Assembly (NCBI GenBank): GCA_963709345.1
Contig: CAVPVX010000011.1
Coordinates: 96,001 to 160,000 of the forward strand
From: an uncultured Actinomycetes bacterium
Lineage (GTDB): Bacteria > Actinomycetota > Thermoleophilia > UBA2241
Direction of reading: 5' to 3'
Length of the DNA: 64,000 bases
Below, piece after piece: positions 1 through 9,404 of this stretch (its first letter is position 1; each line of letters starts with the position of its first letter). A program made the translations under genes and the position numbers. The notes beneath the pieces were generated by a model. The model was not told where the DNA came from and did not search any database. It saw nothing but the letters and a program-made list of their open reading frames with translations.

Positions 1-272
1 GCGCGTGGGTCCTGCTCGTGAGCTGGGCGGCTCTGCGCACGGGCGGGCTGCCCAAGATGCTGAGCTGGCTGGGACTGGGAATCGGCGCGATAGGCATTCT
101 CTCGGTCGTCCCGGTCCTGAAGGACGCGGCTTACGGCTTCGGGCTGCTTCAGATCGTCTGGCTCACGTGGCTCGGGATCGCGATGCTGCGCACGGCCACG
201 AGCCGGGCGGAGCAGACCGTACCGGACGCCAAGGTGGCGCAGACCCAGGAAGTTGCACCCAGCAGCTGCTAG
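1..272 (+). CDS. C-terminal part of a membrane protein (DUF4386-like), begins upstream of window
   Basis: Hydrophobic ORF ending at TAG 272 (LRTGGLPKMLSWLGLGIGAIGIL...GLLQIVWLTWLGIAML). Confidence 0.55.
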   Translation, partial: AWVLLVSWAALRTGGLPKMLSWLGLGIGAIGILSVVPVLKDAAYGFGLLQIVWLTWLGIAMLRTATSRAEQTVPDAKVAQTQEVAPSSC

Positions 273-301
273 CTCGCGGCCTATCCAGGGCTTCCAGCAG
301 A

Positions 302-336
302 AAGCACGCCCCCCGCGTATCCACGGGGGCGTGCTT
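302..336. terminator. GC-rich hairpin between convergent genes, probable bidirectional terminator
   Basis: AAGCACGCCCCC (302-313) pairs with GGGGGCGTGCTT (325-336). Confidence 0.6.
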
Positions 337-483
337 GTCCTTGAAGCCGAGTCTGCCGTGCCGTTTCAGCACGAACCCAAGCGCCATGGCGTCATTGTCA
401 CGGCGCTTCAGCCCGCGCCAAGAAACCAGCTGCCAAGTAGGCCTCGCAGCTTGATGCGTATGCTCGAGAGCTGTCCAGTCAGG

Positions 484-1816
484 TTAGCGTCCATAGCGCT
501 TTGCGACCTCGATCATCTTCTTGACGTTCTCTCGTTTGGCCTCGTCGAGGAAGGCCGAGAAGTCCATCATGAAGCCGCCGCCCTTGCCGCAGACCTCGGC
601 GAGCTTCACGCAGTAGGCTTCGACTTCGTCTACAGACGCCGTGGCCAGCAGCGCGCTGGACACGTTGCCCTCGATGCACTGCGAGCCCTCGAGCACTTCT
701 TTCGCAAGGAAGGCGTCGCTGCCGCTCTCGAGGTGGATCAGGCACGTCCCCGCGGGGATCTCCTTGAAGTGGTGCAGGCGCGAGTCGTACTTGCCCTGCG
801 TGAAGACCCACACGAGCAGACCCTCTTCCACCAGGCCGAGGATGAGTTTCTTGAGCGTCGGCCAGTAGAACTCCTCGTACTGCGCCTCGGACATGAGGCC
901 GTCGGCGCCTTTGTAGAGGTAGAGGGTGACGATCGGGTGCCCGAGGGCCTTGGCCCCGTCGATGCCATACTGCAGTTGCCAGGGGAGCAGACGCTCCATG
1001 AGAGCGGTCATCTTCTCCGGCCTGGTGTACATGTCGACGATCGTGCCGCGCCAGCCGCGGTAGTAGTTGCTGATGATGTCGAACGGCGCGTGGGCCATGG
1101 GACCCAAGAGGTGCGGGAGGGCCAGCCGGCCACCCAGTTCCTGGTCGATGCGCCCAAGGTAGTCGTACCACTCCTGCACGGCCTCGCCGGACGCTTGAAG
1201 CGCCTTCATGGCATCGACCACACCGGGGTTCTCGGCCGCGGCCAGGACCAGGTCGGGCAGGCCCTGGAAGAATGCGACCATGTTGCGGAGCGGCGGCAAT
1301 TGTGCCAGCGGCTCGAGCTTGGGAGAGAGCCGGGGCAGGTACTTGCGCAGGATCCAGTCCGACGGGTCGTCCAGATACTCGTCGTACTCATCGGCCTTCA
1401 TGTACTCGGCTTCCACGAACTGGAACGACGTGTCGTCGGGCAGGTGGATGCCGGGCAGGCGCATGCGCTTCCAGTCCAGTGCCTCGAACATGCCTGCCGG
1501 AAAGATGAACTCGGGCCCGGTGTAGGCGTCGAAGTCCGTGTCCTCGTACTGCCGCACGTAGGCAGCGAACGCCTTGTCGAACTCGGTCATCGCCTCCCTG
1601 AACGTCACGGGAACGTAGTCGAAGGCGAACTTCTGGATGGCGGCGGGGATGACCGGGATCTTGCCGGTGTCCTTGAGCCGGATGGTGTCGATGATGAGCT
1701 GGGCTCTGGCCTGGTAGCTCTTCCTGGCCTCGTCGTTCGCGAAGTGCAGATGCGCGCCGCTCACCCAGCTGGGCGATGAGGCGATCGCCGAGCTTCTCTT
1801 CTGCTGCGTGCTGCAT
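484..1816 (-). CDS. Uroporphyrinogen decarboxylase / MtaA-like methyltransferase family protein; probable frameshift near 1765
   Basis: 426-aa ORF 484-1764 with YMKADEYDE, MSEAQYEEFYWPTLKK and CGKGGGFMMD; a likely true ATG at 1816 overlaps the upstream TGA but is in another frame. Confidence 0.8.
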
Positions 1817-2454
1817 CAGGCGCCTCCGTCGGTCCACTCGGCGGCGAGCTTGATGGCGTGACTCACGTCGTGCGCCCCAGCCGTCGGCCCCCGTGTACGC
1901 GCGCACGTTCTCGTCGACCGGGGCGCCGCCGATCATGATCTTGACCTTGTCGCGGAGGCCGGCGGCCGCGATGCCGTCGACGGTACTCTTCATGGCGTCG
2001 AAGGCCAACGTGAGCAGCCCGCTCAGCCCCACGATGTCGGCGTCGTGCTCCTTGATGGCGGCGACGAAGTCCTCGACCGGCACGTCCGTGCCGAGATCGT
2101 GAACGGTGTAGCCTTCCGATGCCCGAGCATGAGCGCCACGATGTCTTTGCCGATGTCGTGGATGTCGCCGCGGACCGTGCCGATGACGACCGTGCCCTTT
2201 GGGCTCTGCGTGTCGGGATCGCTTCCCTCCGGCATCACTTCTTGCGAGATGCTCTTCATGATCTCGCCGCCCATGATGAGCTCGGGGATGAACGCCTCAC
2301 CATCGGCGAAGCGGCGACCGATCACCTGCATCGCCTCGCTGCTCTCCGCGATGATGGTCAGCGGGTCCGTTCCGCCGGCCAACATGCGCCTGGCGAGCGT
2401 CAGCGCCTCGTCCATGCGCAAGCTCACGATCGCGTCCGTCAACCCTTGAGGCAT
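1816..2454 (-). CDS. Cobalamin-binding corrinoid protein (MtbC/MttC-like), two frameshifts (~2120, ~1870)
   Basis: MPQGLTDAIVSL...FIPELIMGGEIMK...GTVRGDIHDIGKDIV (DxHxxG), then VGLSGLLTLAF...IMIGGAPV in the next frame. Confidence 0.85.
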
Positions 2455-2509
2455 GCTTCCCCCTCGATCCGCCGGTGGTGCGGACAGCACTGTAGCAGAC
2501 AGACCGCCA

Positions 2510-2527
2510 TACCTGTCTAGACAGGTA
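2510..2527. promoter_or_regulatory. GntR/HutC-type operator, perfect 18-bp palindrome
   Basis: TACCTGTCTAGACAGGTA is its own reverse complement, has the GTxTAxAC core, and lies between divergent genes. Confidence 0.8.
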
Positions 2528-2546
2528 ATGCGAATCATGCTACAAT
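2518..2546 (+). promoter_or_regulatory. Sigma70-type promoter of the GntR gene
   Basis: TAGACA (2518-2523), 17-bp spacer, TACAAT (2541-2546) with extended TG. Confidence 0.7.
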
Positions 2547-2589
2547 CCAGCCTCGACAAGGCGGCGTCGAGCCCCAAGCTGGAGAGCGT

Positions 2590-3352
2590 GTGAGCAAGCT
2601 CAGGCCCATCGATCGTTCGTCGTTCGAGCCCCCCTACGCACAGGTGGCGCGCGGCATGCGCGAGCGCATCAGGAACGGGGAGTATCGGGCCGGCGACCGC
2701 CTCCCTTCCGAGGCGGAGCTCTGCGCGCTGTACGGCGTCAGCCGCATGACGGTCCGCCGGGCGGTGACTCTCCTGGCGCAGGATGGCGTCGTGTTCACGG
2801 AGAACGGACGCGGGACCTTCGTCAGGGCCCCGGAACTCGGGGCGGCGACGTTCGACCTCGGCAGCCTGCGGCGCCTCGTCGACGACGCCGCCACGACGGT
2901 GAAGATCAGCGAGGCACGGATCGTGCCGCCCTCCCCGCGGGTGTGCCGCAAGCTCGCGGTCGACGCCGAGTCTCCCGTGGTCGCCATCAAGCGCGTCCTC
3001 AGCAGCGCCGGCAGACCGGTCTTCTACCACAGCGAGTATCTCGTCTTTGACCCACGGCGTCCGCTCGTCGAAGCCGAATACGGCGTGACCGCGCTCCGCG
3101 ACCTCCTTGCGAACGCCGGGAAGTCGGGCTTCAAGTACGGCCGCCTCGAGCTGCACGCCTCCACGCTCACGGAGACCGAGGCCTCGTACCTCGGCGAAGA
3201 GCCGGGCCTGTCGGCGTGGGTGATCGAGCATCTCTTCTTCGACTTCGAGAACCGACCGGTGAGCTGGGGCCGGTTCGTCGGCAGGTCCGACCGCCTCGAC
3301 TTCTCGACGACGGTCGGCGTTCCCGGACGTCGGGAAGGGGGCAAGCGAATGA
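2590..3352 (+). CDS. GntR family regulator with UTRA domain (HutC subfamily)
   Basis: YAQVA...GDRLPSEAELCALYGVSRMTVRRAV...GRGTFV plus UTRA; the true stop is probably the TGA of the ATGA overlap at 3349-3352. Confidence 0.85.
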
Positions 3353-3994
3353 CTCCTTCGTCCGCAGCCGACCTGACGGGACTGATCGTGGGGATGGACC
3401 AGCGCGGCAGCCTCGACGCCATCCGCGAGCGGCTCGCCACCGGCGAGGACCCGCGCAGGCTGATGGAGGAGTGCCGCGCGGGGATGGAAGCAGGTCGGCA
3501 AGATGTACGAGAGCGGCGAGTACTTCGTCTCCGCGCTCATCATGGCCGGGGAGATCTTCCGCCAGGCCGCGGACATGCTGCTTCCTCTGATGACGGCCGC
3601 GGAGTGTCCACAGGATTCGCGCAAGGTCGTCATCGCGACGGTCAAGGGCGACATCCACGACATCGGCAAGAACATCGCGGTGACGCTGCTCGAGGCTCGA
3701 GGCTTCACGGTCGTCGACCTGGGTGTCGACGTCGATCCGGAGCTGATCGCGGACGCGGTCGTTGCGGAGCGCCCCGACGTGCTCGGGCTCTCGTGCCTCC
3801 TGACCACGGGGTTCGAGACCTTGCGCGAGACGATCGCGTTCGCGCGCGAGCGCACCGCCGACTGGGAGCAGCGCCTGCCGGTGGTGATCGGCGGAACGAC
3901 CGTCGACCAGCACACGGCGGACTACGCGGATGCGGACGGCTGGTGTACCGACGCAGCCGACGGGATCGCCGTGGTGCACTCCTTGCTGGGCTGA
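3349..3994 (+). CDS. Second cobalamin-binding corrinoid protein, frameshift near 3490
   Basis: MTPSSAADLTGLIVGMD...CRAGME, then YESGEYFVSALIMAGEIF...ATVKGDIHDIGKNI...LGLSCLLTT...VVIGG. Confidence 0.85.
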
Positions 3995-4074
3995 CACCGG
4001 GCAAGCTCTGCCATCGGCGAGTGGATTCCCTGATCACGGGAGGTCAAGGACGACGACGGGCCGAGGAACGCCTC

Positions 4075-4700
4075 AATGCGCCGACGACGCCGCCGTCAAG
4101 CTCGCCCGGAAGGTCACCGGCCGGGAGACCGTGGTGTCCACGAACGGCAGCTTCCACGGGCGCACGATCAGCATGGTGTCCGCGACCGGCCAGGCCAGAC
4201 ACCGCGACACGTTCCGGCCGCCGGCTATCTGCGCGGTGTCTCCGACCTCTGCCACGCCAACGGCTCGTTGCTGATCGTCGACGAGGTGCAGACCGGGTTC
4301 TGCCGCACCGGTCCGGTGTTCGCCGTGAGCGCCTCCGGAGCCAGAGCCGACTTCATGACCATGGCCAAGGGCATCGCCGGCGGGTTCCCGCTCGGCGCGT
4401 TCGCGATGAGCGAAGACGTGGCGGCGAGGGTGGAGCCGGGCGACCACGGTGGCACGTACTGCGGCAACCTGCTCGGTTGCGCGGTGGCGCACGCTGTTCT
4501 CCGTCACCTGCTGGTCGAGTTCGCCGACGACGCGACTGCTGCGGCGGTCGCCGCCGAGTGCCGCTCGCGGCGGGTCTTCGTACGCCAGACGCAGGGCAAC
4601 GGCGTCCGCGTGTTCCCGGCGCTCACCATCACGCGCGAGGAGCTTGTAGGCGGCCTGGCGACGATGCGCGAGGCCGTCGGGGCGGCGGGCGGTCGTGACC
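4075..4700 (+). pseudogene. Class III aminotransferase (ArgD-like) remnant with missing N-terminus and internal deletions
   Basis: AAVKLARKVTGR...SFHGRT, then LIVDEVQTGFCRTG...MAKGIAGGFPLGA...HGGTYCGN in two frames; much shorter than an intact enzyme. Confidence 0.7.
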
Positions 4701-4800
4701 CGGGTCACCGTGATCGGGCCGAGGGCGATGGGGAGCACCCTTGCGAGGGCGCGGCTCGAGCTCGGGCACGAGGTGACGGTGTGGAACCGGAGCTTGACGG
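4695..4800 (+). pseudogene. N-terminal fragment of an NAD(P)-dependent oxidoreductase (beta-hydroxyacid dehydrogenase-like)
   Basis: VTRVTVIGPRAMGSTLARARLELGHEVTVWNRS resembles a degenerate GxGxMG Rossmann start. Confidence 0.5.
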
Positions 4801-4845
4801 ACGGTTGGCGAGATCCTCGGCCGCGCCCGACCCGACGGGTCGCCG

Positions 4846-5820
4846 TCAGAGCACGTTCGTGAGGATCAGCGCCGTGACGACCACCGCGAGGCCGATGCGG
4901 TAGTAGCCGAAGATCGCGAGGCTGTGGCGGTTCAGGTAGCCCACCATCCACTTGATCGAGAGCGCGGCGGCGACGAACGCCACGACGACCCCGACGATCG
5001 GCGCCATGATCCCCAGCGTGTCGACGATGAGCTGACCCTCCTGCACGGTCTGCACCAGAGTGGCTCCCGTGAGGGTGACGAGGCCGAGGAGGAAGCTGTA
5101 CTCCACCGACGCCTGGGTGCTCAGGCCGACGAGGCGGCCGCCGAGGATCGTCGTCAGGCTGCGGCTGACCCCAGGCCACATGGCGACGCACTGGAGCAGG
5201 CCGACGATGAAGGCCCGGCCCAGCGTGAGCTCCTCCAGCGTCGCGCCTTCGGAGGGCGTGTGCCCGGTGCGCCGGTCGTGGCGCGCCACGACGAGGATCA
5301 CGAGCCCGCCGACGACCCAGGCCGCGGTGATGGGCCAGAGGTGGAACAGGTAGTCCTTGAGGAGTTGCTCGGCGAGCAGGCCGATGACCACGGCCGGGAC
5401 GACGGACGCGACCAGGGCCACCGCTATGCGGCGGCCGCCCGGGTCGCGGCCCACGATGCCGCGCAGCATGCTCCAGATGCGCCGCGCGTACAGGACGAGG
5501 ACGGCGAGGATCGCTCCGAACTGGATGACGATCACGTAGGCGTCGGCGGCGCGCTTGGCCTCCTCGCTGTCGTTCAGGCCAAGAGCATGAGCCGCCAGCA
5601 GCAGGTGCCCGGTCGAGCTGACGGGGAGGTACTCGGTAACGCCCTCCACGACGCCGAGGACGACCGCGTCCGTCAGCGAGAGGCCGTCGCCCTGCGTCGC
5701 GGCGTTGGTCGCCGTCCCGACGGGCGGCGCCGCGGCGGTGGACGGCTGGGCGAAGCCGAGTGCGGCCGCGAGCAGCAGGACCGCGACGAGCGTCACGTAG
5801 TGGCGGGGAGCGAGTCGCAT
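4846..5820 (-). CDS. uppP: Undecaprenyl-diphosphate phosphatase with signal-like N-terminal extension
   Basis: LGVVEGVTEYLPVSSTGHL, IQFGAILAV and AMWPGVSRS motifs. Confidence 0.92.
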   Translation of the reverse strand: MRLAPRHYVTLVAVLLLAAALGFAQPSTAAAPPVGTATNAATQGDGLSLTDAVVLGVVEGVTEYLPVSSTGHLLLAAHALGLNDSEEAKRAADAYVIVIQFGAILAVLVLYARRIWSMLRGIVGRDPGGRRIAVALVASVVPAVVIGLLAEQLLKDYLFHLWPITAAWVVGGLVILVVARHDRRTGHTPSEGATLEELTLGRAFIVGLLQCVAMWPGVSRSLTTILGGRLVGLSTQASVEYSFLLGLVTLTGATLVQTVQEGQLIVDTLGIMAPIVGVVVAFVAAALSIKWMVGYLNRHSLAIFGYYRIGLAVVVTALILTNVL

Positions 5821-5893
5821 GGTGGCAGAGTATATGCGGAGACGATCCGCGCCGCGCCCCGGCGGGTGTGCGTCCTGCGTCGCGCCCGGAGCC

Positions 5894-7093
5894 TCAGGCC
5901 CGGCTGCGCTGGGCGGCGGCGGCGCGCGCCCGCCGCCGCCGCGTGATCCACAGCCCGAGGGTGCCGGCGTAGCGCGTCAGCAGCGGGCTGCTCACGGCGG
6001 TCAGCAGCACGTAGGTGGCCGCCAGGGGCGCCAGCAGGCTCTCCGTGCCGGCGGCGACGCCGAGGCCGGCGATGACTATCGAGAACTCGCCGCGCGCTAT
6101 GAGTACCGTGCCCGCCCGGAGGCGGCCGGGCAGCGCGCTGACCTTGCGCGCCGCAATCCAACCGGTGAGCAGCTTGGTGCCCGACGTCACCATCCAGAGG
6201 ATGACGGCGACGCCGAGCACGCCCGGGATCGAGCGCACGTCGATCTGCAGGCCGAACGAGACGAAGAAGATGGCGGCGAACAGGTCGCGCAGGGGGCTCA
6301 GCAGCTCACGTGAGCGGTTGGCGATGGTGCCCGAGATGGCGAGCCCGACGAGGAACGCGACGACGCCCGCCGAGACGCTGATCAACTCCGCCGCGCCGCC
6401 GGCGATCAGCAGGAGTCCGACGACGGTGAGCAGTACCACCTCGCTCTTGGGGTGCGAGATGCGGCGGCTGAGGAAGTGCCCGTGCTTGTGCGCGAGGACG
6501 AGGGCGGCGACGGCCAGGGCGCTTGCCGCGAGCGCCAGAGCCACCGCCCGGGGCAGCCCTCCGCCGGCCAGTAGCACGGCCACGAGCGGCAGATAGGGCG
6601 CCATGGCGAGGTCCTCCATCACGAGCACCGAGAGCACCGAGGGCGTCTCGAGGTTGCCGAGCCGGCTGAAGTCGTCGAGGACCTTGGCGACGATGCTCGA
6701 CGAGGAGATGTACGTGACGCCGCCGAGCAGCATGGCGGGCAGGACGTCCCAGCCCAGCGCCAGTCCCATCAGCAGACCGGGTGGGAAGTTGAGCACCATG
6801 TCGGCGACTCCTGCGCCCAGCCCCGTGCGCAAGCTGCCCACGACGTCGTCGATCGTGTACTCCAGCCCCAGCATGAAGAGGAGGAGGATCACCGCGATCT
6901 GCGACTCGATGACGATGATGTCGGGGTCGATGTTGGGCGGCGCGACGACTCCGATGACGAGCCCCGCGAGCAGGTAGAGAGGGATGGGGGAGAAGCCGGT
7001 GCGGGCCGCCAGGCGCGCGAGCGCGGCCAGCGCCAGCAGCACGGCGCCGACCTCGAGCAGGAAGGCCGCGCCGCCTGCCGTTATGGCGAGCAC
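5894..7093 (-). CDS. Cation:proton antiporter (CPA2, KhtU-like)
   Basis: LLLFMLGLE, TYISSSSIVAKVL, VLVMEDLAM, LRDLFAAIFFVSFG, ARGEFSIVIA. Confidence 0.9.
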   Translation of the reverse strand: MLAITAGGAAFLLEVGAVLLALAALARLAARTGFSPIPLYLLAGLVIGVVAPPNIDPDIIVIESQIAVILLLFMLGLEYTIDDVVGSLRTGLGAGVADMVLNFPPGLLMGLALGWDVLPAMLLGGVTYISSSSIVAKVLDDFSRLGNLETPSVLSVLVMEDLAMAPYLPLVAVLLAGGGLPRAVALALAASALAVAALVLAHKHGHFLSRRISHPKSEVVLLTVVGLLLIAGGAAELISVSAGVVAFLVGLAISGTIANRSRELLSPLRDLFAAIFFVSFGLQIDVRSIPGVLGVAVILWMVTSGTKLLTGWIAARKVSALPGRLRAGTVLIARGEFSIVIAGLGVAAGTESLLAPLAATYVLLTAVSSPLLTRYAGTLGLWITRRRRARAAAAQRSRA

Positions 7094-7106
7094 TCCCGCT
7101 GCTCCG

Positions 7107-7592
7107 TCAGAGGCCGCGCAACAGGGTGGCCATGGCCTCCACGCCCTTGGGGGTGCCGACGACCACGGCGACGTCGCCGGGTTGCAGGCTGAACGTGGAC
7201 GGTGGCGCCGGGACCGTCGTCTTGCCGCGGATCACGGCGACGATGGAGGCCGGCTCTTCGTCCTGGTGTTCGATGTTGTAGAGCGAGCAGCCGGAGCACT
7301 GGGAGCCTTCGCCGACCGGCAGCCAGTCGATGGCCAGGCCCTGCGTCGAGAGGCGCATCGACGTGACCTCCTCGGTCACGTGCGACTGGCCGAGGACTTC
7401 GGCCAGCGACCGCGCATCCTCTTTGGCCAGCCTGAGGATCTCGTGGCAGGCGTCGGGGTCCTCCTCGCTGCAGACGAGGACCTCGCAGCGGCCGCTGTGG
7501 TGGTTGACCACGACGACGCGTGCGCCGTCGCGGGTGGTGAAGTCGAAGCGGATGCCGACGCCGGGGAGGCGTGTCTCGTTGATGTCGCCCAT
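7107..7592 (-). CDS. Antiporter regulatory subunit with TrkA-C/RCK_C domain (KhtT-like)
   Basis: INETRLPGVGIRFDFTT...IVAVIRG...LQPGDVAVVVGT; directly upstream of the CPA2 gene. Confidence 0.88.
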   Translation of the reverse strand: MGDINETRLPGVGIRFDFTTRDGARVVVVNHHSGRCEVLVCSEEDPDACHEILRLAKEDARSLAEVLGQSHVTEEVTSMRLSTQGLAIDWLPVGEGSQCSGCSLYNIEHQDEEPASIVAVIRGKTTVPAPPSTFSLQPGDVAVVVGTPKGVEAMATLLRGL

Positions 7593-7695
7593 AGGTGGAG
7601 TGTACCCCAGCGGGCGCGGTCCGGGTGAGTCAGCGCAGGGTGAAGCGGCCTCGGTTGCAGGTGTCGCGCGGGGGATGCCGCCGCGGCCGCAGGCG

Positions 7696-9369
7696 CTACG
7701 GCTCCCGGCGCGGCAGGCGCCGCGGCAGCAGGGCGCCCGCCAGGGCGCCCAAAATCGCGGCGATGGCCGCCGTGTAGAAGGGCCATCTGAACGCCCCCGA
7801 GACCTCGTCCCAGAGCAGGTTCTCGAGGCGGTCCTTGAGCTCGAGCAGGGCGAGACCCTCGAGGAGGCCGACGTCGCCGCCGATGTCCTCGGCGATCGGG
7901 TGCGCCACCTTGCGCATCTCGCTCATGCCGGCGGTGGCGTCGATGGTCCGCGCCTGGTCGAGCGCCTCGATGAGGCGGTCCTTGATCGGCTGACTGACGC
8001 CCTCCTGCGCGCGCGTGAGCGCCTGGCCTTCATCCGCCGACCGGTTCACGGCGGCGCCCATCGTGTGGGCGAACACGGCCACGAGGATCGCGACGCCGAG
8101 CAGAAAGCCGAGCTGCCGCGCCGTGTTCAGCATGCCGGAGCCCGCACCCTTGACCCCGCCGGGCACGGCGCTCATTCCGGCCGCGAGGAGCGCCGGCAGG
8201 GAGAGCCCGAGGCCGGCGCCGACGAGCGCGCTGCGCCAGAGCACCGAGCTCACCGGGTCCGTGCGCGCCAGGTGCCCGAGCGCTACGAGGCCGGCGGCGG
8301 TGATCAGGGCCCCGGCGACGGCGAGCAGCCGCGGCCCGAGCCGGTCCGTGAGCCAGCCGGAGAGCGGGGTGAGGACGAGGACGGCGGCCGGCAGCACGGC
8401 GATCGCCAGGCCGGCCTTGAGCTCCGTGTAGTCCATCATCGCGACCATGTAGATGACGAGCATGAACGAGGTGCCCATCATCGCGATGTCGACGGTCATG
8501 ATGGCCGTGCTCGCGGCCGAGAAGGTGCGACCGCCGAAGAGGCGCAGGTCGAAGAGCGGGGAGGCGGCGCGCAGCTCCCACCAGACCCAGGCGGAGAGGA
8601 TGGCGGCGCCGGCGACGAACAGGCCGAGGATGGCGGCCGACGTCCAGCCCCAGTCGTTGCCCTGGATGATGGCGAGGGTGACGCAGAAGAGGCCGCCGGT
8701 GACGAGGCCGACGCCGGGCCAGTCGAGTGGCTCGTCGCCGCGCGCCTCGCCGCTTCTGCGCACCAGCGAGAGCGCGAGGATCACCCCGAGCGTCCCGACC
8801 GGCAGGTTGAACCAGAAGATCGCCGGCCAGTCCCAGCGCTCGATGAGCACGCCGCCGAGCATCGGGCCTGCGGCGGCGGCGGCCGAGCTGAGCGCGCCGA
8901 AGAGGCCGGCGGCGAAGCCCTTGCGGCCCTCCGGGAACGCCTGCAGCAGCAGGGTCAGGGCGGTGGGTACCACAGCCGCCGCCCCCACTGCCTGCACGAC
9001 GCGCCAGGCGATCAGCGCGTCGATGCCGCCGGCGCGGGCGCAGAAGTAGGAGGCGCCGGTGAAGAGCGCGAGTCCCAGCGCGAACAGCAGCCGGTGGCCG
9101 TAGCGGTCGGCGAGCCGCCCCATGGTCAGGAACAGCACGGTGAGCACCAGGTTGTAGCCGTTCATGATCCACGAGACGGAGAGCACGGAGACGCCGAAGT
9201 CCTGGATGATGCGCGGGACGGCGACGCTCATCGCGGTCGCGTCGGCGAGCGTGAGCAGGATGCCCGGCGCGAGCGCGAGGACGACGAGCCAGGGGCGCGG
9301 CGCGGCGGGGCCGGCCGGGGCGGCCGGTAGAGGAGCTCCTGGGAGCCGAGGTTCCGTACCCGATTTCAT
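7696..9369 (-). CDS. MFS drug:H+ antiporter (DHA2, EmrB/QacA type)
   Basis: GRLADRYGHR motif A, WPAIFWFNLPVG, PLFDLRLF and many TM segments. Confidence 0.9.
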   Translation of the reverse strand: MKSGTEPRLPGAPLPAAPAGPAAPRPWLVVLALAPGILLTLADATAMSVAVPRIIQDFGVSVLSVSWIMNGYNLVLTVLFLTMGRLADRYGHRLLFALGLALFTGASYFCARAGGIDALIAWRVVQAVGAAAVVPTALTLLLQAFPEGRKGFAAGLFGALSSAAAAAGPMLGGVLIERWDWPAIFWFNLPVGTLGVILALSLVRRSGEARGDEPLDWPGVGLVTGGLFCVTLAIIQGNDWGWTSAAILGLFVAGAAILSAWVWWELRAASPLFDLRLFGGRTFSAASTAIMTVDIAMMGTSFMLVIYMVAMMDYTELKAGLAIAVLPAAVLVLTPLSGWLTDRLGPRLLAVAGALITAAGLVALGHLARTDPVSSVLWRSALVGAGLGLSLPALLAAGMSAVPGGVKGAGSGMLNTARQLGFLLGVAILVAVFAHTMGAAVNRSADEGQALTRAQEGVSQPIKDRLIEALDQARTIDATAGMSEMRKVAHPIAEDIGGDVGLLEGLALLELKDRLENLLWDEVSGAFRWPFYTAAIAAILGALAGALLPRRLPRREP

Positions 9370-9404
9370 GGGCGGAGTCTACATGGTGCGCTAAGATGAC
9401 CTTC

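Noticed and set aside
2590-4698. 702-aa ORF suggesting a GntR-UTRA-B12-binding fusion (B12-sensing regulator)
   Set aside because: An SD-like GGGAAGGGGG run and an ATGA stop/start overlap at 3349-3352 indicate two coupled genes joined by a probable homopolymer indel; the distal ORF is off-frame nonsense. Worth a read check only.
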